Assembly: GCF_001194135.2 (NCBI RefSeq)
Contig: NC_068990.1
Coordinates: 89,543,508 to 89,596,220 of the forward strand
Source: Octopus bimaculoides
Taxonomy: Eukaryota
Reading direction: 5' to 3'
DNA: 52,713 nucleotides
Shown here: positions 25,350-37,085 of the stretch, one piece after another
Layout of the letters: each line of letters begins with the position of its first letter
How positions within the stretch are numbered: the stretch's first letter is position 1
Notes under the pieces: generated by a model
Seen by the model: the letters and a program-made list of their open reading frames with translations, nothing else
What the model was told of the DNA's origin: nothing
Databases searched by the model: none
Position numbers and translations under genes: made by a program

Positions 25350-26528
25350 GACATATATATAGAGAGTCCGAAAAATCAGATGAAGAATCCACACAAACAA
25401 GAAGGAAGTATAGCAAAACTCAATCTGCAACCAAGTTAAGTAATACCTTTCACGCTATCAACTCAAAAAGCAGCAACAATTTGTCGACAATTATCTCAAG
25501 ATGGAATCAATGTCGAGACTCCTTCCCAATCTGGTATTTACAGATCGACTATCAAAGTTGTTAAACTAAAAAAGAAAATGAAGAAAACCCTACATTTAGA
25601 AAACTGGTCATTGTATTTTGATGGTAAACGTATTGATGACCAAATGCTAGGTTTAAAGAATGAACAGAGAGAAGTTAAGTTAGAAGCACTCCAATTACCA
25701 AACGGAAAAGCCGGTACTGCTGTGAAAGGAATAACAGCTGTTTTAGATGAATACAATTTATGGAATTGTGTAAAGATGATTGTCACTGATACAACGGGTG
25801 TGAACACTGGGAAAAGAAAGGGCATTGTCATTCATTTGTAAAGATTATTTGCTCAAAAGAGTTTGAAATAACTGCAATTTATTGGTTGTCAGCATCATAT
25901 CCTTGATAGAGTTCTTCGTGTTGTAATGGATAACAAACTTAGAGAAAAAAGTCATCTCCCAATACTGAATATACATTCATCCCAGCGTTTCTGAGTAATT
26001 AAGAAAAATTCCAGACTAATTTCAACAGTGCTGAAGAAAATATTACTGAATCAGCAGGTTAGCAAGATGACATGAAATTTCTATTTAATTTGACTAGAAC
26101 TTTTTGTTTCTTTGAAGAAACCAGAAAGTTTTCTACTGTAATGTTTCAAAAAATACCCAACATAAGTAATGCAAGATGGAATTTTCGAGCAATACTAGTG
26201 CTTTTGGCATTTATTCTTCTACCAGAGGAAAGAGTTTTGCTTCTCAATGTTTGTCGATTCATCTCTTACAGCTAGGCAGAATTTTGGTTTACTGACCAAA
26301 TATTAAATGCACATGATTATCAGAAGTTATGTGGTAGGCTGCAAGTTCATAAAAAAAAAATGCATTGAACTCTGTAAAAACTTTTGGAGTCGAGATCCAT
26401 TAAAACTGGACATTCTCAGAACAAATCAGAGTGCAGAACGGGCAATCAAGTGGCTTCAAGATCTCTACGGTGTTTGTAAAAAGCAGAAACTTCAGGATCG
26501 ATTTATTTTATCTAACAAAACGTACTAA
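25350..26528 (+). pseudogene. hAT-superfamily (hATm-like) DDE transposase pseudogene
   Basis: Stitching across stops and frameshifts gives WSLYFDGK (D1), IVTDTTGVNTG (D2), FIGCQHHILD (CxxH) and NQSAERAIK (E). No TIRs were found. Confidence 0.75.
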
Positions 26529-27348
26529 TTCTTTGTTATGTTTAAAAATTTGCTAACGTTCAGCACCCTTTTTCTTATACAGTTATTTAAAATTGGAATT
26601 GAACTTATAAAGTAAAAAATATGTATTGTTTTCAAGTTTGTATGTTATCGAATGCTTGTAGTAATTCACTGAATTACAGCTTACGGTTATTAGGATGTGA
26701 AAAAGTCATAATCCTATTATATATNNNNNNNNNNNNNNNNNNNNNNNNNNNNNNNNNNNNNNNNNNNNNNNNNTATATATATATATATATATATATATAC
26801 ATACATAGATGACACTAATGACGGGTTACTACTAGAAACCTGGGTCTGTGTGTATCGCGTAAGGCTAGAGATGGGAACGATGATTTCCCTTCACAAATAC
26901 TAATCAGACACAGACAGTGTGTCGTTAGACAGCTGGAGGAGATCTCCTCCTGGGACCGCCATATTAAGGTGGCAAATATGCTTTAAAATATTCAGATATT
27001 AGTCTGTATGAGCTGAACTATGGTCTTTTAATTGTATCAATTTTTATATATAACTAAATAACATATTCATAACTTGCAATACAAACTGAACTCTGCTTTT
27101 TTTCAAATTATTAAGATTTTAGACATTGCTACATTACATTTTACGTCACAGATATGAATATCTGTAATCAGTAAATATTACGTTAATAATAATCATCTGT
27201 GTTCTTTCCTGACATATTTGATTATAAAATTCAACCGTTTGCTGATGATTCTAACTCTTATCTGTAAATTATATTGCGTAATGTTAATTTCATATAAATT
27301 TTATCGTTTCAACTTCACAATATACATATAAACATGCATACACACACG

Positions 27349-27423
<75 letters not shown>

Positions 27424-27519
27424 GGACACACAAATGTGCGTATGTATATGGCTGCTAAATTTGTTGAGTATATAAACGGATCGGGTGGTTGTTTCTCTGG
27501 CATTGATCAAATCGATGTA

Positions 27520-27623
27520 CACACTTCTGATGACGGCTGGAGGGTACATCAGCCGAAACGTTGGTTTAACAACAAACAAGACGAGGACAAATATCCGTCA
27601 AATGTAAATAATGTAAATAATGT
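27520..27623 (+). mobile_element. Solo PLE 3'-terminal fragment with hammerhead motif (same family as 51640-51740)
   Basis: CTGATGA-C-GGCTG(gagggtacat)CAGCC-GAAAC-GTT...aacaaacaagacgaggacaaatatccgtcaaatgtaaataatg. Confidence 0.85.
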
Positions 27624-28489
27624 AATGCTATCTAATCTAACAATAATATATATAGTTGAAGTAAGGACCTAAATCCTTCAAAGGGATGTTCGCCGGTTCA
27701 ATCCAAAGCTAAGAATATAAATAAAAAATATATATTCAATATTGCTACAATAAATAAAGGAAAGGAAAAATAGAAGTGCAAACGTTACTTTATTGAGCTA
27801 ACACGATGACGAAAAACAGATAATTTCTTCTCATTAATAGAAGAAATAATCTTAAGAGACCTCGGATTTAAAATCTTATAGTATCTACTTTCTTTTGTTA
27901 AAATGTTTTAAAAGCAATTTATAAACAGCCCCAACTAAGTTACTTTTTAATTGTCCAGCAAAGGGAATAGTATACCATATAATGTTATTCTTGTCCAAAA
28001 CTAATTTAGAATGACCTAAATTATTAACCTTATAGACCAACTTAGAATTAGTACCCTTTAACACGTAATTACATTTATATTTATGGGCTATTGTAAAGGT
28101 CTTTATATTTCTTGGTAGAACTCATTCATTCCAATAACGAATTCCTGAGGAAAAGCCTAATTTGTGATTTCAAAAAGATTATATTTCGTTTTGTATCAAT
28201 TAGGCTTGGAAACAACTTATAGAGTTTTAATTGGATATATGTACCAACTTGGAATAAAGTAACGTCAACACTTCTATTTTTCCTCTCCTTATATATATAT
28301 AAGGCGAGCAGGCAAGAATAGAAAATGTTTAAATCAAGAAAGTAGATGGAGAACCACAGAAAGTGCAAAGGGACTGGTAATGAAGATTATAAAAAGTTCA
28401 ACAAGTGACGAATGATAACGAGTATCGAATAAATCGGTGACGAGAAACTCAGAGTTCTGTATTTAAATGTACCATGCCAGTTTCATTTA

Positions 28490-28534
<45 letters not shown>

Positions 28535-30691
28535 NNNNNNNNNNNNNNNNNNNNNNNNNNNNNNNNNNNNNNNNNNNNNNNNNNNNNNNNNNNNNNNNNN
28601 NNNNNNNNNNNNNNNNNNNNNNNNNNNNNNNNNNNNNNNNNNNNNNNNNNNNNNNNNNNNNNNNNNNNNNNNNNNNNNNNNNNNNNNNNNNNNNNNNNNN
28701 NNNNNNNNNNNNNNNNNNNNNNNNNNNNNNNNNNNNNNNNNNNNNNNNNNNNNNNNNNNNNNNNNNNNNNNNNNNNNNNNNNNNNNNNNNNNNNNNNNNN
28801 NNNNNNNNNNNNNNNNNNNNNNNNNNNNNNNNNNNNNNNNNNNNNNNNNNNNNNNNNNNNNNNNNNNNNNNNNNNNNNNNNNNNNNNNNNNNNNNNNGTA
28901 TCTTAACAAATTTGTATGCTTGTGCCAAAAGTTAGTAATTCATAGTTTTACGAAATACGAGAAATCTTTAGTGTTATTTATGCAACAGACCTAGTTTAAT
29001 GAAACTGAAAAAAAAAAAATTAATTAGACATCTCACCCTTTATAATTAAATTACTTGCCGCGTGAGAAAAATATATTTAACAATTATAACAAATCGCTAT
29101 TGAATAATTATTATGGAAAGAAACATGAAGTCTTCTATTATTCTTAGTCTTTTTCTGGACGGGAAGGAGACGGGCGTTGAACTTTAGTTGAAATTCAATA
29201 CTCTCTAATTATATCTTCAGCGTTTGGTTTGTGCCTGGGAAGGGGAACTTTTTTTATGTGTGAAGGCCACATTGAAATTTACCTTCGCCCATTGAGGCCG
29301 CAGTCAATAAGTATGACAATTTACACAACAATTTCATGCCTTTTGCCAATATTATTTAATTAATAGCTGTGAACAACTAATACACAAGTCATATAAGATC
29401 AATAATTTATTCACTTATATTCTTTTAACAATTTAATTACTTCTTTGAGATTGCTTCTGGTGAGAAGTATTGAGAAATCATAATCAAACATGGAAGTTTC
29501 TTGTTTGAATTGGTCCTCCACATGCTTCTCTGTTATATGTGTTCTTAACGTATTCTTGATTTGTGTCAAGTATGGGAAGGTGGATTCACACCATTATGTT
29601 ACAGGAAAGCACAAAACCAGTCAGAAACAATGTCCGCGAAGGCGAGGGTATTCTACTCATCTTTTTCTTACTAACAGAGAAGTGTAGTTATTAACTTCAG
29701 ACAACTCAATCAACTCCTTAGTTCATAAATCAAATAAGTGAGGTTGAAACATTTGATTCAGGGTGACATCAGGGTTTTCAAAATAATTTAATATTCTATT
29801 GTATTTGATTAAGAATTTAAAATTGGTTCGAATTTTCGAAAGATTCACAAATATAATTACCTTGATAAGCAGCAGTAGACTGCACGCGGCCTTAAAGCCA
29901 CAGGTTCCCTATGTCTGGTCTGTGTTGTAGAGAAAAAAACGTTGACCTAGAGCTGCGGCACAATCTCAGCCATGTTATTGTTATTGTTATTTACCTTCAA
30001 ATGATGATTGTTTAGGCAGACCTATGATCAAAGATATCTGATCTATGGCCATCTCACATTTTATACTGCGTCTAAGACAACATTATCCAATATATCCTAT
30101 ATATTAAAAAAAATAGTACGCTGTGATATGTTGGCTTATTGGGTGCAATGAGTAACTCGTTGAGAGACCTCAGAGAAGCTCCTCCATTATTTCGTCATTT
30201 GCTTTTATATTTAGGTTTAAAAGAAGTGCTAAGTGTGCGAAGAATTTTGTTGTGGTCACTACGGTAATATTCATAAATTTGGATAATTCTGTATGCCAGA
30301 GGGAGAGAAGGAATCTAATGCTTAAAGACTGACCTTTCATTCGAGAGAGAACGATCTCTTTGAAACTGATAGTCTTCATGTAGGAATAAATATTTTAAGA
30401 GAAGAGAATTAACTGGAGAGATTAACCTTGTAAAGACGTACGTACGAATAGTAGCGTGTTTAAGGAAGTTATAATAAATGAAAATTATTGCTTTTAAGAA
30501 AGTAAAGCAATGTATTGTTGAATGGTCACCTTATTCAACCTGGTCATCATAAACCGAATACTTTTGCACTGTTATCATAACCCTCCCCACCCCAAGGGAG
30601 CTTCTACCTAGTCACTCAACATGGAGCAGCAATTTACAGACAAATAAACCTTCCTCAACTTATACACTACAGTTGAAAAAGTAAGATGTAC

Positions 30692-30740
<49 letters not shown>

Positions 30741-30810
30741 ATTTACTTTTCGTAATGAAATAAAAAAAACCAAGGTTGTGTAGATTTTAGAACATTTATA
30801 AATAGAAAGT

Positions 30811-30853
30811 CTTACAGCATTTCCAGGATATTTGTTATATCACTTCATCGGAG
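30811..30853 (-). ncRNA. Degenerate minimal hammerhead-like motif
   Basis: Minus strand CT-CCGATGA-A-GTGATAT(aacaa)ATATCCT-GGAAAT-GCT-GTA-AG. Confidence 0.45.
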
Positions 30854-31520
30854 GGATATAATAATATATATATCGATAGATAGACAGACAGACAGGCAGA
30901 CAGACAGATAGATAGATAGATAGATAGATAGATCATAGCTGGAATATCACTCACCACAGGCCTGCATCGATTTGGGTTGAATTGGTGTTGAACAACAACA
31001 GTGTTCAACGCTATAACTGCGAATTGCAGAAGAAGAGAAAATATTTTAAAATTATATTATCTCAACTTTTGGATTCATCAAGCAAGATAATTGTGATGTT
31101 CATTATCGTTTGATTATAAATTCTACTTATTTATTTCTTGTTTTCTTTTTGTCTATAAGCTGATCTTTAAGCTCATCTAATGAACTGATATTTATCTTCC
31201 CGGCTTATAACATCTTGTATTTAAAGTACATTTCGAAGACACTTAATCTTGTAAATCTTGTATGTTAATTAATTTTCAAGCAAAGTTAATGAGGTTTCCG
31301 CACACTGTGAGATTCCAGTTTTGAAGTGCGTTGTAATTGAGATACCAATCCTCTTATCAAGACACAGAACTATAACTGGAAGCATTCCTAGATTATGTGT
31401 TACCTATTTCACCTAAACAGTGAAATGAGAAATGAGAAATCAGAGAATGAGAAATATGGATCTTCTCTTAAACAGATGATATTCTCAGATATCCTTTTGG
31501 CACCTATTCTCAACAAACAG

Positions 31521-32024
31521 TCGTGCAGCTGTGAGGGGAAATCGTCGATTCACTATCCGTGAATTATTAGAGGATGTGCAGATTAGTTACGGTTCAGTTT
31601 AGTCCATTATCACTGAAGATTGGGGTATGAAACGCGTTTCTGCTAAGTTTGTGCCCAAACTGTTTTCAGCTAACCAAAAAGACACTCAGGTTTCAGTTGC
31701 CCAAGTTCTACTTGATTGTGTCGAGAACGATGAAAGCTTTTTGAAAACTTTGCGTAGGCCTCTGAGCAGGTATTGCCAAGCTTTTGGCAAAATTTGATGC
31801 AGATTCTCTGCTCAACTTTCTCTGTCATGGTCAATGCGACGATCACACGCTACACACCTTCCTTCAAAGCACTGCTGTAAACGGTGGAAGCGAGCTAAAA
31901 CGTTAAAATTTTGTGCGCATGCACTGCAGAGTTCAAGGTCAATCTGTGTCAAACGGCTTTATCCTGTGTGGTTTAGCTTCGTTACTAAGGTAACAGTCCG
32001 GATACTTATTGATCTGACCACGTA
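31521..32024 (+). mobile_element. Fold-back mariner-derived element, right half (same family as 51818-52692)
   Basis: Collinear with 52200-52692, including the junction at ctttgcgtagg and the terminus cagtccggatacttattgatctgaccacgTA. Confidence 0.9.
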
Positions 32025-32431
32025 CATACACATATGCATGTCTACGTATATTTATAAATACATACATATTTAAATTCATATATTTATATACATCGCACCA
32101 CACCTATTTTTCCCGAGAAATATAACTATATACTCGCTGAGATTTTATTTCTCCTCACTTCTCAGCGTGAACTGATCGTTTAATGTTGAAACTATACAAT
32201 TTTTGTCTCTCTCTAATTAAACTGATTTGAAATTAAATATTAATAGATATCAATAACAACCGAGTGTTTAAAGTGTTTAGAAAGAGAAGAATAAATCACA
32301 CATTCGGTGGTTAATCACTTAACAGTTGCAAGTTTAGCAATTATTAATTTTGAGGCGAAATGCCACTAGCGAATGCATATATTAAAAATGAGGCGTTACC
32401 AATCGTACATAGAAGTCCATGATTGTCACGT

Positions 32432-32594
32432 GTGGGGCATAGCTGTGTGGTTAGGAAATTTATTTTGCAACCACGTGGTTTCGGGTTCATTCCCGCTGCG
32501 TCTTACCTTGGGTAAGTGTCTGCTATTTTAACCTCTGACCGACCAATGCCTTGAGAATGAATTCGGTAAATGGAAACTGTGTGGAAACCCGTCG
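32432..32594 (+). mobile_element. Degenerate SINE family A 5' half
   Basis: agctgtgtggttagg...gggttcattcccgctgcg...ccttgggtaagtgtc...gaaacccgtcg. Confidence 0.75.
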
Positions 32595-32636
32595 TATTAT
32601 GTATATATATACAGATATATATACTATGTATATATA

Positions 32637-32708
32637 AGCGCAGACGTGGCTGTGTGGTAAATAGCTTGCTTACCAACCACATGGTTCCGGGTTCAGTGCC
32701 ACTGCGTC

Positions 32709-32710
<2 letters not shown>
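32637..32710 (+). mobile_element. SINE family A head
   Basis: gcagacgtggctgtgtggtaaatagcttgcttaccaaccacatggttccgggttcagtgccactgcg. Confidence 0.8.
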
Positions 32711-32753
<43 letters not shown>

Positions 32754-33302
32754 NNNNNNNNNNNNNNNNNNNNNNNNNNNNNNNNNNNNNNNNNNNNNNN
32801 NNNNNNNNNNNNNNNNNNNNNNNNNNNNNNNNNNNNNNNNNNNNNNNNNNNNNNNNNNNNNNNNNNNNNNNNNNNNNNNNNNNNNNNNNNNNNNNNNNNN
32901 NNNNNNNNNNNNNNNNNNNNNNNNNNNNNNNNNNNNNNNNNNNNNNNNNNNNNNNNNNNNNNNNNNNNNNNNNNNNNNNNNNNNNNNNNNNNNNNNNNNN
33001 NNNNNNNNNNNNNNNNNNNNNNNNNNNNNNNNNNNNNNNNNNNNNNNNNNNNNNNNNNNNNNNNNNNNNNNNNNNNNNNNNNNNNNNNNNNNNNNNNNNN
33101 NNNNNNNNNNNNNNNNNNNNNNNNNNNNNNNNNNNNNNNNNNNNNNNNNNNNNNNNNNNNNNNNNNNNNNNNNNNNNNNNNNNNNNNNNNNNNNNNNNNN
33201 NNNNNNNNNNNNNNNNNNNNNNNNNNNNNNNNNNNNNNNNNNNNNNNNNNNNNNNNNNNNNNNNNNNNNNNNNNNNNNNNNNNNNNNNNNNNNNNNNNNN
33301 NN

Positions 33303-33331
<29 letters not shown>

Positions 33332-33333
<2 letters not shown>

Positions 33334-33365
33334 TAGCAGCTAAGCCCGGTTTCACTCGGCCTGTT
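33332..33365 (-). mobile_element. Helitron-like 3' terminus
   Basis: Minus strand GCCGAGTGAAACCGGGC (imperfect hairpin), ttagctg, then CTAG|T. Confidence 0.45.
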
Positions 33366-33780
33366 TGGATGATGTGGCTGTGATCGTTTTCGGTTTGGCA
33401 TAATCTATAACAGCTTTTCTCAACCTTATCATTTCGGGTCCCCTGTTTCGATTGGAGCCTCCAGCTGTATGAAGTCATGCTGAGTATTGTTCAGTAGGTC
33501 ATTTTCTTACAGGAACTTGTTTCTGATGATTCACTCCATGACTTTACTGATTTGCGAAGCCAGAGAGATTGGCCTGTAGTTTTTGGCCTCTGCTTTGCTT
33601 CCACCTTTGTGAATAGGGCATATAGTACCTTCTTTCAGCTTTGAAAAGTATCTGAAGTGGTTTCGCTAAAGCATGGTTACATGACTTTAGGAGAATACCT
33701 GGGAAGCCATCAGGACCAGTGGCAGAGCATGAACTGATTTCCTCTATGGCCGCTGTTACATAAACCGAACTCAATTTTCA
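33366..33780 (-). mobile_element. CR1/L2-group LINE RT fragment
   Basis: SATGPDGFPGILLKSCNHALAKPLQILF, then in a shifted frame GGSKAEAKNYRPISLTSQISKVMESII. Confidence 0.8.
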
Positions 33781-33784
33781 GGAT

Positions 33785-33972
33785 CGCTTAGCAATGGGAT
33801 CCAGAAGGTAAAAGAAGACGTGACCGACCGAAGGAAACGTGACGGAGAAACAATAACAAAGGATCTTAAAAACAGAAGGTTAATAATGGAACATGGTGTC
33901 AAAGACGCTTTCAGTGTTAGAATGATCTTGCTGTCGTCTCAAGTTCCACAAGGCACAATGAGAACCGAATGA
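33785..33972 (+). mobile_element. RTE-clade LINE 3'-end fragment
   Basis: QWDPEGKRRRDRPKET*RR.ITKDLK matches the W.P.GKR.RGRP..TW.R...DL C-terminus of RTE elements. Confidence 0.7.
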
Positions 33973-34512
33973 ATATATNNNNNNNNNNATATATAAAATT
34001 ATAGTATCATGCAGTCAGACACACACATTCACATACACACACACACGGATGTACACACACTAGATATGGTTACATATATTCTCAACTGTCAGATGCATAG
34101 CAAGAATACATTTACATTCTAATATCTTTTCTCACAGCTAGGCTTCATAATATTTGATTTTATTTCATTCCTCTAGATGAATGTAAAGTGTTGCTTATGG
34201 TTATTGAAGCTGCCACCTGACATCTAGTTATTCGAATTCCCGATATTTACTGACTTTTGCTTAAAGCTTGTCTGATTAGAATTGAATTAACATGCGAATA
34301 CCTAAGATTAGATTATCAAACCGATGTGTTATAATGTATATACGAACGGGGAGCGGGTTAGGGTGCAACATTTTGTTTATATTTTCTTAAGTGCGAATAG
34401 ATATTTAATTCTAGTCTGGCTACCTGACATACAAATTAGTAATTTGTTTTGTTTACCGATTTCTATATCAGAATAAATATTTTTCAGCTAAACTCAAATA
34501 TATGCGGGGATG

Positions 34513-34560
34513 TTCGTCACTGAGGTGACCAAATAAGATCGAAACATCGTGTCTGGCGAG
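34513..34560 (+). ncRNA. Type I hammerhead-like motif, slightly degenerate
   Basis: TTCGTCA-CTGAGGT-GACC(aaataa)GATC-GAAAC-ATCGT-GTC-TGGCGAG. Stem I has 7 bp including GU pairs; A9 is T and stem II has one mismatch. Confidence 0.55.
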
Positions 34561-34633
34561 AACTTTCTTCAACATAAAATATCACAGCTAGTGATGCTTC
34601 ACGTTTGATTACACATTATGAATGTAATACACT

Positions 34634-34708
<75 letters not shown>

Positions 34709-35164
34709 GCCTATCTCTCTGTCTGTCTCTTTCTCTCTCTTACTGTCAATATCTAAAATCATGTGAGCATGGACATATATAGTCTAGAGATGCAACGCAT
34801 GTTCGCATTAATATTCATAAAAAAGAGAAAAACGATTCCGTTTTTTATAATATTCCTGCATATATTTTCTTTTACTGCTAAGCTGAAAGGAACAAGAACA
34901 CGAGGAAAAAAATCTAAAATGCAATCGAATATAGAAAATATAGGAAGATGGGTGGGGCGGTTCATTTAAATAAAAACAGACGTAGGTGAATCGGAAATAT
35001 TTTATAATTATGCTTGGTCTAGTGTAAAACAACAAAACTCAAGAAGTATTATCTACATTTTCATATTAACGGCTTCCTGAAATATTGCTTGGAGAATGAA
35101 ACAATTTAGATGAAGGTTTAGATATGAGTTTGTAAATACGTGGGTACGTTTGTTTGTTTGTATT

Positions 35165-35278
35165 TATGTATGTCATTATTCAGTTTATTTCAAGATTTCT
35201 TGCCAATAGAGAAAGAACCGGTTTCTAACCTAGATCCAAGGTACCTTCATTGGAATTTCAGCATCAACAAAAGGGTAT
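35165..35278 (-). repeat. Dispersed ~115-bp repeat with hammerhead-like core (second copy 44303-44412)
   Basis: Minus strand gaaattCCAATGAAGGTACCTtggatctAGGTTAGAAACCGGTTctttctctattggcaag, homologous to 44303-44412. Confidence 0.8.
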
Positions 35279-35775
35279 GTTTGTATGTATGTATGTATGT
35301 ATGTATGTATGTATATATGTATGTATGTATGTGTGTATGCCAGCATGTGTGTATTTATGTATGCAGCTTGTATATCGGTATGTATGAAATTATTTACGCT
35401 TGTGTATATTGTATTTCTGCGTGAATGTATAGATATATATCTATAAATATATAATCATTATGACGTGTACTTGGAAAAAGTACCAACATATGCTAGAAAT
35501 AGAAGTAAAAAAGACTCTAAACCACTTATTTCACTCTCACTCTTTTGCACAGGTGAATGCGAGGAAATGAGCAAAGTAAATTTATCCCACCTTTAATGGA
35601 TAAACAGATAATCCCATATCGAAGGATTTCAGGCTCTATAATGTATCGTCAGTGAGATTCACCGTATTAGCACATATACGTGAATATATACATACATACA
35701 TACATACATACATACATACATACATTCACACCTATATACACGCGGTCAATCATTCGCCCATCACACCATATGCTT

Positions 35776-35813
<38 letters not shown>

Positions 35814-35931
35814 TTTATTGTCTTTGCACAGCTTCTAACGCTGGAGATGTACTACGGTGCCAGCTGTTCACTACCAGCGAACTAAGGTACCACCCCTTAT
35901 TTTTCGAGCACCATCCAGCAAATACTCCACC

Positions 35932-36022
35932 TTGTTGTTGTTGTTGTTGTTGTTGTTGTTCTTCTTCTTCTTCTTCTTCTTCTTCTTCTTCTTCTTCTTC
36001 TTCTTCTTCTTCTTCTTCTTTA

Positions 36023-36054
<32 letters not shown>

Positions 36055-36067
36055 CNNNNNNNNNNTT

Positions 36068-36105
<38 letters not shown>
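35932..36105. repeat. (TTG)n(TTC)n(TA)n compound microsatellite
   Basis: Read directly. Confidence 0.95.
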
Positions 36106-36106
<1 letters not shown>

Positions 36107-37085
36107 AGCTGTATGCATGTGTATGTTTGCGGGAGTATGTACAATTTTTACGAGACTTTCGGTATGGCTGCATTTGTATATTAACATGTATGTTATGTCT
36201 GAACATTTTTGTAAAGAAATATATTTCGACCTATAAGAGGCAACATCTTGTCATTAATTAATTTTTTATATCACAAATATTTACCTCAACAACGAATTCA
36301 ATAGAATATATTTATCACTACACATATTACACGAGGGAGTATCTTCGCTCTCTTCATTCTAATTCAATTATTCTTTTCAGTTTTTTTCCTTCATTTTTAT
36401 ACTTACAAATTGATTATTGGTATTTATATAGTTGAAAAAACAAAGCAAAAAACAAAACAAAAACGAAAGTATTATTACACCCAAGTATATACACCCCCCC
36501 ACCCAAACACACATCTATATATATATATATATNNNNNNNNNNNNNNNNNNNNNNNNNNNNNNNNNNNNNNNNNNNNNNNNNNNNNNNNNNNNNNNNNNNN
36601 NNNNNNNNNNNNNNNNNNNNNNNNNNNNNNNNNNNNNNNNNNNNNNNNNNNNNNNNNNNNNNNNNNNNNNNNNNNNNNNNNNNNNNNNNNNNNNNNNNNN
36701 NNNNNNNNNNNNNNNNNNNNNNNNNNNNNNNNNNNNNNNNNNNNNNNNNNNNNNNNNNNNNNNNNNNNNNNNNNNNNNNNNNNNNNNNNNNNNNNNNNNN
36801 NNNNNNNNNNNNNNNNNNNNNNNNNNNNNNNNNNNNNNNNNNNCTTGGGCAAATGTCTTCCACTACACCCTTAGGTCAACCGAAGCCTTGTGCGACAGAA
36901 ACTAAAAGACGCCCATCATATATCTGTATATATAAATGGATGAATGAATTGTCCTTTGTTTACAGTTAACACGGAAAATTCAATAAACAGTTACCAGGTT
37001 AGCAAAATTCACGCAAGTAACAAGGATGTAGCGACCTATTCAAAGGTAGAAACTCCTTCGTGTCGATCCTTGCTCTACAGGCTCG

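Noticed and set aside
28330-28400. KVQR-like CR1 C-terminal trace
   Set aside because: Only a few residues match, amid stops.
35184-35575. Apparent exon chain 30215-30263 / 35184-35274 / 35553 giving ...LFQDFLPIEKEPVSNLDPRYLHWNFSINKR-VNARK*
   Set aside because: The middle 'exon' is a dispersed repeat (inverted homologue at 44303-44412), so the in-frame chain is probably coincidental.
35620-35655. Minus-strand CTGACGA...GAAAT motif
   Set aside because: Stem II and the cleavage triplet cannot be formed; too degenerate to call.
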